This document shows, piece after piece, positions 1-9,065 of a DNA stretch of 28,779 bases. A program made the position numbers and the translations under genes. The DNA is from Bdellovibrio sp. (GTDB lineage Bacteria; Bdellovibrionota; Bdellovibrionia; Bdellovibrionales; Bdellovibrionaceae). Every line of letters begins with the position of its first letter. Within the stretch, counting starts at the first letter, position 1. Under the pieces are notes generated by a model. It saw only the letters and a program-made list of their open reading frames with translations. It had not been told where the DNA came from and did not search any database. The stretch is taken from positions 1-28,779 of the forward strand of contig JBKCUU010000070.1 in the NCBI GenBank assembly GCA_046318155.1, in the 5' to 3' direction.

Positions 1-936
1 GATAGCGACTCACCCTTGGCCTACTTTAAGCTCGATGAAACTTCAGGCACCACAGCCGTTGCAATTCGCGGCGGCACCGACGGAACTTACAGCGGAAGCT
101 ACACCCTCAATCAACCAACGGGCCTCAACGAAAATCGAAGCTCTGTTAACTTCAATGGATCCAACGCTCACGTGACGATGACGAATGTCTATGAAGGCAC
201 CGCGGACCAAACCGTCGAAGCCTGGGTTTACCCCACAAATGTTACGGGCACGCGTCCGATTGTTTCTAAGATGTTGCTGAATCGCGGTTACTCGCTCGAA
301 CTTGTCAGCGGCAGAGCGAGCTTTCGACTGTTTAACTCGGGCGGGATCGCCGAAACCGTCACGGGAACGACAATCTTGTCGTTGAACACTTGGCATCATG
401 TCGTTGGAATCCGCAACACCAGCACGGGTAAATTGCACATTTACGTCAATGGTAACGAAGAAAATGTCGCCGTCTTCACCGGTCTCATCGGAACTTCGAC
501 GAGTCCATTTTATGTCGGCCGCAATAATGCGGCTTACTTTGCAGGCCGCCTCGATGAGGTGGCCGTTTACAACTATGTCCTCTCACCCACTCGAATTGCG
601 GCCCACTATGCCGCACGAACTGTTCCGACCTGTTACTCCACCACGCTGCTGTCATCAACGGCATGGCGCCACGTTGCTGCGACTTTTGATGGCTCTTCTG
701 GAGATCTGAGGCTTTACGTCGAGGGTTCTTTAGAATGTACGCGTGCGGCCACGGGGGCGACTCTGTCCGGGAGCGGAGTTCCCTTTGTTTTTGGTGCTTA
801 CGTCGATGGATCGGGAACGCCCCAAGCCTCGAGCTACTGGAGCGGCGCCATTGGCGACTTAAGAATCTACAACTCGGTTCTGACCGGCGGGCGAATCATG
901 AATAACCGCAATGCCACCAGCGCACGCTTTCCTTAG
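1..936 (+). CDS. LamG-like jelly-roll (concanavalin A-like) domain protein, 5'-truncated by the window edge
   Basis: Frame is open from base 1 (DSDSPLAYFKLDETSGT). LamG_3 motifs TVEAWV, WHHVVG, LHIYVNG, FAGRLDEVAVYNYVLS, then a second set WRHVAATFDG, LRLYVEG, WSGAIGDLRIYNSVL. Confidence 0.85.
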   Translation, partial: DSDSPLAYFKLDETSGTTAVAIRGGTDGTYSGSYTLNQPTGLNENRSSVNFNGSNAHVTMTNVYEGTADQTVEAWVYPTNVTGTRPIVSKMLLNRGYSLELVSGRASFRLFNSGGIAETVTGTTILSLNTWHHVVGIRNTSTGKLHIYVNGNEENVAVFTGLIGTSTSPFYVGRNNAAYFAGRLDEVAVYNYVLSPTRIAAHYAARTVPTCYSTTLLSSTAWRHVAATFDGSSGDLRLYVEGSLECTRAATGATLSGSGVPFVFGAYVDGSGTPQASSYWSGAIGDLRIYNSVLTGGRIMNNRNATSARFP

Positions 937-1979
937 AGCACGTCAAGACGGCGCCACAACACGTGGTCCGCCAGCACTAAGGCTGTCATCGCTTCGATCA
1001 CTGGGACCGCGCGAGGAACAATGCAGGGGTCGTGGCGTCCGTGTTTGGCCACGTCTAAAATCGAAGAGGTCGGCTTAAAGTGAACTTTAAAGCGGAGATC
1101 CTCACCCGTTGAAATTCCGCCTCGAATCCCGCCGTAGACAAGGCTTTCGGGCTGATGAAAGTCAGTTCCCTTGCTTGCTGCGGCTTCGATGCCTGCACCC
1201 ATTTCAAAAGCCGAGGTCGCGCCCACGCTCATCATCGCAGCGGCAAGCTCCGCCTTGAGCTTATGAAACACCGGCTGCCCGAGGGAGGCCGGGACTCCCG
1301 AAACTCTGATCTCGACGACCCCGCCGACACTCTCGCCCTGGCTTTGGAGCTCGCGCAAGTAAGTTTGAACTTTCTCATGTTCGGGTGAAATAAAGCGGGC
1401 TGAGAACCTGTCAACCTTTGTGGTCAACTCTCCACTTTGTTGCAAAAATGCATCCGCCAGCTCTGATGTAACTTCGAAGCAACCCACTCTTCGCGAAAAG
1501 CCCGTGATGCGAAGATCAGGTGCAAGCTTCTGAAGGAGCATTTTTGCGAACGAGCCGCCAAGAACTCGCGCTAGTGTTTCGCGTCCCGAAGAACGACCGC
1601 CTCCGCGATGATCCGAATGGCCAAATTTACTTTTCCAAACATCATCGGCGTGACCGGCGCGAGGCGCTTGCTTAAATTGATTGTAGTCTTGTGAGCGCGC
1701 ATCCTGATTCCGCACCAGGATCGTCAGCGGCGTTCCCAGCGTGCGTCCATCAAAAACACCACTCAAGATTTCGGGCTGATCGGGCTCTTGTCGGTTCGAG
1801 ACGACGGCGTTGGCAGCCAAGGCCGAAGTGCCAGGACGGCGGCGCTCTAAATCTTTGAGGATCAGCGCTTGATCGACTTCAAGCCCTGCCGGGCAGCCAT
1901 CAATCACGACGCCAAGGCCTGGGCCATGGCTTTCACCAAAACTTAAAATTTTAAAGTGAGTCCCAAAACTATTCGACAT
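933..1979 (-). CDS. aroC: Chorismate synthase
   Basis: FGESHG, RRPG, PRAGHAD, RGGGRSSGRET, GGIRGGISTG and GRHDPCIVPRAVPV signatures. Confidence 0.97.
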   Translation of the reverse strand: MSNSFGTHFKILSFGESHGPGLGVVIDGCPAGLEVDQALILKDLERRRPGTSALAANAVVSNRQEPDQPEILSGVFDGRTLGTPLTILVRNQDARSQDYNQFKQAPRAGHADDVWKSKFGHSDHRGGGRSSGRETLARVLGGSFAKMLLQKLAPDLRITGFSRRVGCFEVTSELADAFLQQSGELTTKVDRFSARFISPEHEKVQTYLRELQSQGESVGGVVEIRVSGVPASLGQPVFHKLKAELAAAMMSVGATSAFEMGAGIEAAASKGTDFHQPESLVYGGIRGGISTGEDLRFKVHFKPTSSILDVAKHGRHDPCIVPRAVPVIEAMTALVLADHVLWRRLDVL

Positions 1980-3747
1980 ACTTCTCCCACTCTTGGCGCT
2001 GCTCTGCTGCCTGCGCTTTGAACATCACAAGACCAGAGATGTAGCGAGCGTTGACCGACATGGCGTACTCGCGGGCAAAAGAATCTTCACGGTAATTCAA
2101 ATCAACAACCAAGCCAGGAGCACCCAAGGAGGTCGGCGGCGGCGCATCGCCAGGCCCCGCAGCCCAAATCACAATCTCGGGGTTCGAGAGCGTGGGCGAA
2201 CCCTCGCGCGGACCTTGTGTTCTTAAAGAATAAAACGCGGTCGACGAAGGCAAAATGAGTTGAAGAGGGCCCAGAGTGCCGCCTCCGCCCCAAACCAGAG
2301 TCTTCGACGTGCCGAGCTCTAAACCTTCAAAGAGAGCCTGCAAACCCGCAAGGTCCGTGTTTGTGCCACGCCATTGTGATCCCGCCAAAGTCAAGGTGTT
2401 GACCGAGCTCAGCTGGTCCGCCAGCTCACTTCGCACCTCGCACGCCGTGAATGCTTTTTTCTTGAGCGGTGACGTGACCGCCGCAAACTTGAGTCCCCAA
2501 CTTCGAAGCAGAGGTAAAGCGAGGGGCCATTCGTCTTCAGCAATGTCGATCGCAAAAAAACCAACGCGTCTGTCGCGAGAAAATTCTAAGTGCTCGATCG
2601 GAGAATAAGAATGATTGACGGGATGGCCCAGTACCGCGGCAAATGTTTGGGTTTGCGGAAAACAGCGGATCCACTCGTGCAAGATGGGCTGATCAACTGA
2701 ACTGCCATCACCGTCACGCCAGAAGTTTAATTTTTGTCGACCCTTTAGCAGCAAACGAACCCAGGCCCAACGGCCCTCGGTGGATCTCGGTAAAAAACTA
2801 CGTTGCTCTGGTTTTTGGTTCTGCCACTGGAGTCCAAATTCCAAATCTTCAAAAGTCTCGACAAGAGGACTCCACTTGATATGAAGACCCTTTCGTTCGT
2901 GCGCTTCAAAATCTTTTGTCCAAGACGCCATCGTCGTCCCGTCAGGTTGCTCGTGCGAAGAAACGCACGTCACCCTTAATGCTTGTGGTGCGCCCAGCTC
3001 AAGCGCCCAATCCACTTCACCGGCTTTTTCGGCAACCTGCTTCCACTCCTCGGAGAGAGGCCAAGTGCGTATGGCAACCAACTTGCGCTCATTTGCAATC
3101 CACTCGTCTGCCATCGCCAATTCGCCTTCGCTTAAAAAATCACTGCGAAGTTCGAAGTAGTCGGTTCCGGCATGCCTAAGGCGTGTTCGAAAAATTTTGG
3201 GATTGCGAAAATGATCGGGCCGCAAAGTCAAAATCCCACCGATGCCATCAAGCTTTGCATTCCAGATGGCCTTCTCAAACTCACAAGGAGACGTGAGCCC
3301 CTCTGGTAGCCAATAAATCCAATCGCAATTGCGCGAATAAAGTGTTTCGCGAGGGCGGTAACGTTCACGGTATTCAATGAGGGCCGAGACTTCGTTATTC
3401 AACCGCGGACGATCGGCAAAAATTCGTCCCCAGGCATCAGAGGATCGACGCACCCACACAATCTCGCAATCGGCCGGAAACACAAAAGATCCCAGCTCAA
3501 AACCGGCGCCCAATGCGACAATCATTTTGGATTGAGTGCGAATTAACTGAGCGAGCGTCTTTTTCTCGATATCGCGAAAGGAGGCTTCGCCTTGATCCGC
3601 AAAAATTTCAGCGATGGCTTTGCCCGTGCTGCGTTCGATTTCTCGATCCAGATCAAAGACCGGCAAGCTTCCGCGCCCGTAGATTTGCATGCGCTGCAAA
3701 AGAGAGGTTTTACCAGTGCCCCGGTGACCGATGAGAAAAATCTGCAT
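1969..3747 (-). CDS. Fused shikimate kinase / type I 3-dehydroquinase-like / shikimate dehydrogenase (AroK-AroD-AroE)
   Basis: N-terminal P-loop GHRGTGKT, DLDREIE, GEASFR, RPRL (AroK). Middle ELRSD, AIRT, SSHE, HIKW (degenerate type I DHQase). C-terminal LGHPVNHSYSP, VTSPLK, SVNTL, NTDLAG, GGGGT, DLNY, GLVMFKAQA (AroE). Start is ATG 3747 or TTG 3756. Confidence 0.85.
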   Translation of the reverse strand: MQIFLIGHRGTGKTSLLQRMQIYGRGSLPVFDLDREIERSTGKAIAEIFADQGEASFRDIEKKTLAQLIRTQSKMIVALGAGFELGSFVFPADCEIVWVRRSSDAWGRIFADRPRLNNEVSALIEYRERYRPRETLYSRNCDWIYWLPEGLTSPCEFEKAIWNAKLDGIGGILTLRPDHFRNPKIFRTRLRHAGTDYFELRSDFLSEGELAMADEWIANERKLVAIRTWPLSEEWKQVAEKAGEVDWALELGAPQALRVTCVSSHEQPDGTTMASWTKDFEAHERKGLHIKWSPLVETFEDLEFGLQWQNQKPEQRSFLPRSTEGRWAWVRLLLKGRQKLNFWRDGDGSSVDQPILHEWIRCFPQTQTFAAVLGHPVNHSYSPIEHLEFSRDRRVGFFAIDIAEDEWPLALPLLRSWGLKFAAVTSPLKKKAFTACEVRSELADQLSSVNTLTLAGSQWRGTNTDLAGLQALFEGLELGTSKTLVWGGGGTLGPLQLILPSSTAFYSLRTQGPREGSPTLSNPEIVIWAAGPGDAPPPTSLGAPGLVVDLNYREDSFAREYAMSVNARYISGLVMFKAQAAEQRQEWEKYVE

Positions 3748-3752
3748 ATGAA

Positions 3753-4919
3753 TCAAAGTCCTATCACAGACCAGAACTCAGGAAAGCTTTTTCCCACAAC
3801 GTCGGTGTTTTGGATCTGAATTTTGTGTTCTCGCAGGCGAAAAACAGCCGCAGCCATGGCCATTCGATGGTCTTGATCAGGCTCAAAGACAAAATCCTTT
3901 GGAGCAAAGCTCAGACCTCGGCCTTTGACCACGAGACCCTCACCTTTCACAACAGAATCGATCCCGGCCAGCATCAGCAAATCTTGAGTGTTCTTGAGGC
4001 GATTTGATTCCTTTAAAGCAAGCTGAGGAGCGTCCCTAAGAACCGACGTGCCCTCGGCAAACGAACACAGAGCCGCCATCACCGGAAACAAATCCGGGCA
4101 ACTTCGAAACGAGGCTTCGATTGGCAAAAGCTGATGGGCCTTTTGGACGGTCAAAACACCATTCTGAAGAATCGGAGCTGCTCCCATTTTCTTGATAAGA
4201 TCCAAAAAAATATAATCAGGCTGAAGACTTCGTTCACCCACGCCTTGAATTTCAATTGTTCCATCGATAAGCGCGCAGGCCACCACCGCAAACATCGAAC
4301 TGTAGTCAGGCTCGATATTGATGTTTTGCGCTTTGATTTTTTGTCCCGCCGGGATCTTGATCTTGGCAGGTGTGATGCGGATCTCCATCCCAAGTGCTTG
4401 CGCAATGTGGACCGACATTTGCCAATAACCTTCAGAAACAGATGGTCCCGAAAATTCAAACTCAAGATCAAAAGGCAGATCCCAGGCTGAAAGCAAAAGA
4501 CCCGATGCAAATTGGGATGAACGCGACCGCGGGATCTTGACCGAAGACAGGGGCTTCTTCCAACCTTGACTCTGAATCACCACTCCGTCGGTGATAAAAT
4601 CAATGTTAACGCCCAGTTGGTTTAGAATAAAGGCGAGCTCATCATGGGGACGCTTCATTAAGCGTGCCGACCCCTTGAGCGTGAATGTTCCCACCTCACG
4701 CGAGGCACGAAGGCCCATGAAACGAAAAACCGTTCCGGCTTCTCCACAATCGATTGTCACTTTTCGAAACAGACTGACGACCGCCAGCTTCATTGAGCGA
4801 ACATCATCACAGTTGGATTGGCCGTCGATTTCAAGATCTGGCGAAAAGGTTTGGGCCAGCAATGCCCGGTTCATCAAAGATTTCGAAGCCTGCAATGGTC
4901 CCTGAAAATGAAATGCCAT
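3753..4919 (-). CDS. aroA: 3-phosphoshikimate 1-carboxyvinyltransferase (EPSP synthase)
   Basis: ASKSLMNRAL, CGEAGTVFRF, SSQFASGLLL, EPDYSS, LKESNR, DHRMAMA and KSFPEFW motifs. Confidence 0.95.
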   Translation of the reverse strand: MAFHFQGPLQASKSLMNRALLAQTFSPDLEIDGQSNCDDVRSMKLAVVSLFRKVTIDCGEAGTVFRFMGLRASREVGTFTLKGSARLMKRPHDELAFILNQLGVNIDFITDGVVIQSQGWKKPLSSVKIPRSRSSQFASGLLLSAWDLPFDLEFEFSGPSVSEGYWQMSVHIAQALGMEIRITPAKIKIPAGQKIKAQNINIEPDYSSMFAVVACALIDGTIEIQGVGERSLQPDYIFLDLIKKMGAAPILQNGVLTVQKAHQLLPIEASFRSCPDLFPVMAALCSFAEGTSVLRDAPQLALKESNRLKNTQDLLMLAGIDSVVKGEGLVVKGRGLSFAPKDFVFEPDQDHRMAMAAAVFRLREHKIQIQNTDVVGKSFPEFWSVIGL

Positions 4920-5911
4920 TAGCCCCTTTGTCGTTCAATCTCAGCGAGGATCTCGGAGATGCTCACTTCACGAATGACAGGATAGCCTGGACGGGTCAGA
5001 AATATAAAACGAATTCGTTTTTTCGAAACCAACTTTTTATCTTGAGCCAAGAACCGTACTGGATTTTTGAGCTTCAAAAGCGCGGCTCGCAACTCACTCG
5101 GGGGCGCGAGGCCCCATACCTGATCGCCCAACTTGGCGCCCGACCAACTTAAGGCAAATCGAAGACCCAAGCTGATGGCGCGTCCGTGACTCATGCCAAG
5201 TGCAGATTCAAAGACGTGGCCGAGCGTATGGCCAAAATTAAGAAGGTGCCGGACGCCCAACTTCTCTTGGGGATCTTGGGTGACAATTTTCAACTTGGCT
5301 TTGACCAAACCAGGAAGGTGTTCAAAAAGCTGACTTCCGCTCTGAATCCTCTGCACTTGTTTCCACAAACGCGGCGAATTCAAAAGAGCCACCTTGGCCG
5401 CTTCGGCCTTTGCATCCTCGAAGCGCTGTTGGCCTTGAGTCAGCAAAACCTGGCGACACATGTAGACATCGCTCGCTTCATAAAAAGTGCCGATTTGATT
5501 TTTGATTCCACCGACATTCAAGGCGGTCTTGCCGCCGTGGGCGGAGTCGATCGCCGACAACCACGTGCTGGGGACGTGGACTAAACGCACGCCGCGCTTA
5601 AAAGTACTGGCCACAAATCCTGCAAAATCGCCGACCGAGCCGCCGCCAAAGGCCACGATTTGCAAATCTCGAACACCAGCTCCTGAGGAGAGCTCAGTCA
5701 AAGTCCGGACGTGTCTCGCAAAGTTTTCAATGGCTTTAAGACTTTCGCCAGAGCTGACGCGGTGGCGCTTTTCAAAGCGCCGAATCCAAGAACCAAATTT
5801 TTTTTCCAAGACTCGGTCATAAATTAAAATCGAATTTTCAAAATCCATTGCTTTCGGCAGGACCGAATTAAAATGCAGTTTTGATTTGATTCGCGAAGCT
5901 GAAGTTTTCAA
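4919..5911 (-). CDS. aroB: 3-dehydroquinate synthase
   Basis: GESLK, GGGSVGDFAGFVASTFKRG, DSAHGGKTALN, KNQIGTF, LNFGHTLGH and HGRAI motifs; TTG start overlaps the ung stop. Confidence 0.95.
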   Translation of the reverse strand: MKTSASRIKSKLHFNSVLPKAMDFENSILIYDRVLEKKFGSWIRRFEKRHRVSSGESLKAIENFARHVRTLTELSSGAGVRDLQIVAFGGGSVGDFAGFVASTFKRGVRLVHVPSTWLSAIDSAHGGKTALNVGGIKNQIGTFYEASDVYMCRQVLLTQGQQRFEDAKAEAAKVALLNSPRLWKQVQRIQSGSQLFEHLPGLVKAKLKIVTQDPQEKLGVRHLLNFGHTLGHVFESALGMSHGRAISLGLRFALSWSGAKLGDQVWGLAPPSELRAALLKLKNPVRFLAQDKKLVSKKRIRFIFLTRPGYPVIREVSISEILAEIERQRG

Positions 5912-6609
5912 TGTTTAAGATCCCAACCAGAGAGGTCCCACTGAATTGGCTTCAGACTTTTTGACTCTAGATAATGATTGATTTTTGAAAAAGGCTTCGA
6001 TCCCAAAAAACCTCGGTGGGCGGATAAGGGCGAGGGATGCGGAGATTCAAGAACAAAATGCTTGTTGCGATCAATGAAAGACCCTTTTTTTTGTGCGTAA
6101 CTTCCCCACAAAACAAACACGAGGCCTTCACGCTCGACATTAAGCCGATGGATGACGGCATCGGTAAAAAGCTCCCAGCCTTTGCCTTGGTGAGACGCGG
6201 CCTGGCCCTCTTCAACCGTCAGGACCGAGTTCAAAAGTAAAACTCCTTGCGCGGCCCAAGCTTCAAGGGTGCCATGAGCGACGCGCTTAATTCCCAAATC
6301 TGTTTCGAGTTCCTTGTAAATGTTAAGAAGCGAAGGCGGCACCGGGACGCCCGCGGGAACCGAAAACGACAACCCGTGCGCCTGACCCGCTCCGTGATAG
6401 GGATCCTGACCTAAGATCACGACACGAACCTCTTCAAACGCGACTTTGTTGAGGGCGGCAAAATACTGATCGCCGGCGGGAAAAATCTTTTTCCCTTTTT
6501 TGTACTCCTCAGCCAAAAAAGCTCCAAGTTTTTGCATGTAGTCTTTTTCGAACTCTCCGCAAAGCCTTTGCTGCCATGATCTTTCGAGTTTTGCATTCGC
6601 CCTTTTCAT
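5908..6609 (-). CDS. ung: Uracil-DNA glycosylase, family 1
   Basis: VVILGQDPYH, QAHGLSFSV, PPSLLNI, GVLLLNSVLTV and HPSPLSA motifs. Start uncertain (6609, 6618 or 6621). Confidence 0.97.
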   Translation of the reverse strand: MKRANAKLERSWQQRLCGEFEKDYMQKLGAFLAEEYKKGKKIFPAGDQYFAALNKVAFEEVRVVILGQDPYHGAGQAHGLSFSVPAGVPVPPSLLNIYKELETDLGIKRVAHGTLEAWAAQGVLLLNSVLTVEEGQAASHQGKGWELFTDAVIHRLNVEREGLVFVLWGSYAQKKGSFIDRNKHFVLESPHPSPLSAHRGFLGSKPFSKINHYLESKSLKPIQWDLSGWDLKH

Positions 6610-6724
6610 GAGCGCCATCAAAATCTTTGATCGGTGGTTTGTCTAGAAAAATGTCTCGAAATGAAACGCAAACCGAATACAGATACAATAGGCGCCTCTA
6701 TCTACTTTCTGGACCTGGCTTGAC

Positions 6725-6753
6725 CTGATAAACAACCGACACACTGTTATAAT
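6725..6753 (+). promoter_or_regulatory. Putative sigma70 extended -10 promoter
   Basis: TGtTATAAT at 6745-6753 with weak CTGATA 17 nt upstream of the hexamer; AGGAGG RBS at 6781-6786. Confidence 0.6.
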
Positions 6754-6792
6754 AAGGAAGTAAAACCTGAGCACAGCAAAAGGAGGCCTGTT

Positions 6793-7188
6793 ATGGAAAC
6801 CCCGTTTCAACCTCAAATTGATCTGGACGACGTCGGTCCCGAGGTGCGTTCATACATCTATCAGGCCATGATGGATTTTCAGCCGTTTACGACCTCATCG
6901 ACCACCGTGGCGGTCATCGCCAAGGATCCTCTTAAGCTCGCTAAGCTCGAGGAGTTTATTGGTCAGGACCCCCAACTTTTAAGTAAGTACTGGCGCATCT
7001 CAATTGCCCTGTCTGAAGATGGCACGCAAATCGAAGAAGAAGGCGTTCATCAAGACATTTATGTCGCGATTCGTCTTGCGAAAGACAAGTTGGTGAAAAC
7101 TTTGATCGAAATCCAAGATGAGATCATCAGTTCTCAAGACCGCGTGATTCAGATCAAATCGGCCTTGGACGGAACCCAAAAGCATTGA
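6793..7188 (+). CDS. Hypothetical protein, possibly HPF/RaiA-like fold
   Basis: Strong RBS and ATG. C-terminal EEEGVHQDIYVAIRLAKDKLVKTL resembles the HPF/RaiA helix pattern DMYAAIDxAxDKLERQL. Confidence 0.7.
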   Translation: METPFQPQIDLDDVGPEVRSYIYQAMMDFQPFTTSSTTVAVIAKDPLKLAKLEEFIGQDPQLLSKYWRISIALSEDGTQIEEEGVHQDIYVAIRLAKDKLVKTLIEIQDEIISSQDRVIQIKSALDGTQKH

Positions 7189-7219
7189 TACAGTGGGCCT
7201 CTTTGAACGGAGGCGCCCT

Positions 7220-8173
7220 GTGTTCAATCCCGAAATGTCTTACCGCTCTCTCGGAAAATCGGGCCTAAAAGTTTCAACCTTCAGCCTTGGCGGCTGGACG
7301 ACATTCGGTGGTTCGGTCACCGACACAGACTTAGTCAAAAAAATCCACCGCAGGGCCTATGAAGCCGGCATCAATTTTTTTGACAATGCGGATATCTATG
7401 CCAAAGGCGAATCCGAAAAGATCGTCGGGCTGGCGCTCAAAGAGTTTCCGCGCCACGAATTGGTGATCTCCAGCAAAGTATTTTGGCCCATGAGCGAAGA
7501 CATCAACGACAAGGGTCTTTCGCGAAAGCACATCATGGAGTCTGTCCATGCAAGCCTTAAGCGCATGGGTACCGACTACCTTGATTTGTACTTCTGCCAC
7601 CGCTTTGACCCCGGGACGCCGCTCTTGGAGACGATTCGGGCCATGGACGACCTCATTCGCCAAGGTCACATTTTATATTGGGGCACCAGCGAATGGACCG
7701 GCGATCAACTGCGCGAGGCTCACAAGATTTGCCAGGACGGTGGTTACTACAAACCTCAGGTGGAGCAACCTCAGTACAACTTGATGGTCCGCTCAAAATT
7801 TGAACAAGACGTGGCACCTGCCGCTCGCGAGTTGGGCATGGGCCTTGTTACGTGGAGCCCCATGGCTTCAGGCTTTTTGTCAGGCAAGTACGATAGGCCC
7901 GGTGAAGAAGGCCGCCTCAACAAAATGAACTGGCTGAAGAACGAATATCTGACACCAGCCAATCACGAGAAAATGATGCAGTTTAAAAAACTCTCGGAGC
8001 AAAAAGGCGTCGAGCGTGGACAGATTGCGATTGCTTGGGTCGCCCAGCATCCTGATGTCAGCTCGGTGATCTTGGGCGTGACAGAGCTCGAGCAGCTCGA
8101 AAAAAATCTAAAAGCGATGAGGGTTACTTTATCTGCTTCGGAAGATCGGTCGCTGAAGGGGCTCTTCCGTTAA
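7220..8173 (+). CDS. Aldo/keto reductase (Kv-beta-like)
   Basis: YRSLGKSGLKVS, FDNADIY, ISSKVFW, DYLDLYFCHRFD, YWGTSEW, EQPQYN and WSPMASGFLSGKY motifs; GGAGG 6 nt before GTG 7220. Confidence 0.95.
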   Translation: MFNPEMSYRSLGKSGLKVSTFSLGGWTTFGGSVTDTDLVKKIHRRAYEAGINFFDNADIYAKGESEKIVGLALKEFPRHELVISSKVFWPMSEDINDKGLSRKHIMESVHASLKRMGTDYLDLYFCHRFDPGTPLLETIRAMDDLIRQGHILYWGTSEWTGDQLREAHKICQDGGYYKPQVEQPQYNLMVRSKFEQDVAPAARELGMGLVTWSPMASGFLSGKYDRPGEEGRLNKMNWLKNEYLTPANHEKMMQFKKLSEQKGVERGQIAIAWVAQHPDVSSVILGVTELEQLEKNLKAMRVTLSASEDRSLKGLFR

Positions 8174-9026
8174 TCTCGAGACTGACCAAAAACCCGATGA
8201 TGTCTTGCAGCTGAACCAAAGACTTCTCGGGTGGTTCGTCTTCTTTAAACTCAGCCGTTAACACCGGCGTGTTTCTCTCGAGCCACAGGTAGCGGCCCAG
8301 TGAGCCTGGGTAATTACCCAAAGTTTTCCAAGGCAGATAATCAAATTTGGGCGGCTTCAGGCGAGGGCCATCAAAGTCCAAGACTTTAAGTGGCGTGTGA
8401 ACCGAGACAACGAAGTCGGGCTTAAAGTCTTCGATGTGGTCCATCGCACAGCGAGTTTCGGGTTCGCTGGCCGATTTCACGCCGGGATTGCGGCGGGGGT
8501 TTTTGTTCGAAGTTTTTTGCCAGTAAGCTCGGGCCTCTTTGTCCCAATCCAAAGTCGGAAAGTTTCGGTTGATATCAACTTTATTGGCGTTCGTGCGTGT
8601 TCGCGCTTTGACGCCATCGGGGTTCAAAATCGGAATCACACGCCAAGAGTTGCGCGGATCAATTCCTTGAAGTCGCTCCATCCAAAAGCGGCCCACCATT
8701 CCCGCCGGAACCTCATCACCGTGAATCAGCGAGAACACCAAAATCTTTTGCTGAGCTCTATGATTTCCTCGACGGTCATAGTGAAACAGCGGAACGCCAT
8801 TCACACTTTTGCAGCCGTCGTTCAAAACTTGAACTTTGCTGCAAGCGGCCTTTAAAAGTTTGGGATCGCCCTTCCCTTTTTCGCCATAGACTTTAAGTGA
8901 ACTCTCGCAAAGCTCGGGAAGTGAAGCCACAGAAGTCTGTGGCTGACGCTCTCGAGCGCTGACCGAGAAGGAACCAAAAACCACAAAAGAGAGAATCGTT
9001 TTTTTGAACATACTTGTGTTCGTCAT
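8124..9026 (-). CDS. Exported M14 zinc carboxypeptidase, MpaA (murein peptide amidase A)-like
   Basis: Signal-peptide-like N-terminus; IHGDE (HxxE), NPDG, RTNANKVDINRNF, SEPET and VSVH motifs. Confidence 0.85.
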   Translation of the reverse strand: MTNTSMFKKTILSFVVFGSFSVSARERQPQTSVASLPELCESSLKVYGEKGKGDPKLLKAACSKVQVLNDGCKSVNGVPLFHYDRRGNHRAQQKILVFSLIHGDEVPAGMVGRFWMERLQGIDPRNSWRVIPILNPDGVKARTRTNANKVDINRNFPTLDWDKEARAYWQKTSNKNPRRNPGVKSASEPETRCAMDHIEDFKPDFVVSVHTPLKVLDFDGPRLKPPKFDYLPWKTLGNYPGSLGRYLWLERNTPVLTAEFKEDEPPEKSLVQLQDIIGFLVSLEINGRAPSATDLPKQIK

Positions 9027-9065
9027 TGTCGCATGAAACCAGCGATTCTCAATGGCAGGACGGAC

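Noticed and set aside
4905..4935. Programmed frameshift joining aroB and aroA
   Set aside because: No obvious slippery heptamer at the junction; TAATG is ordinary translational coupling.
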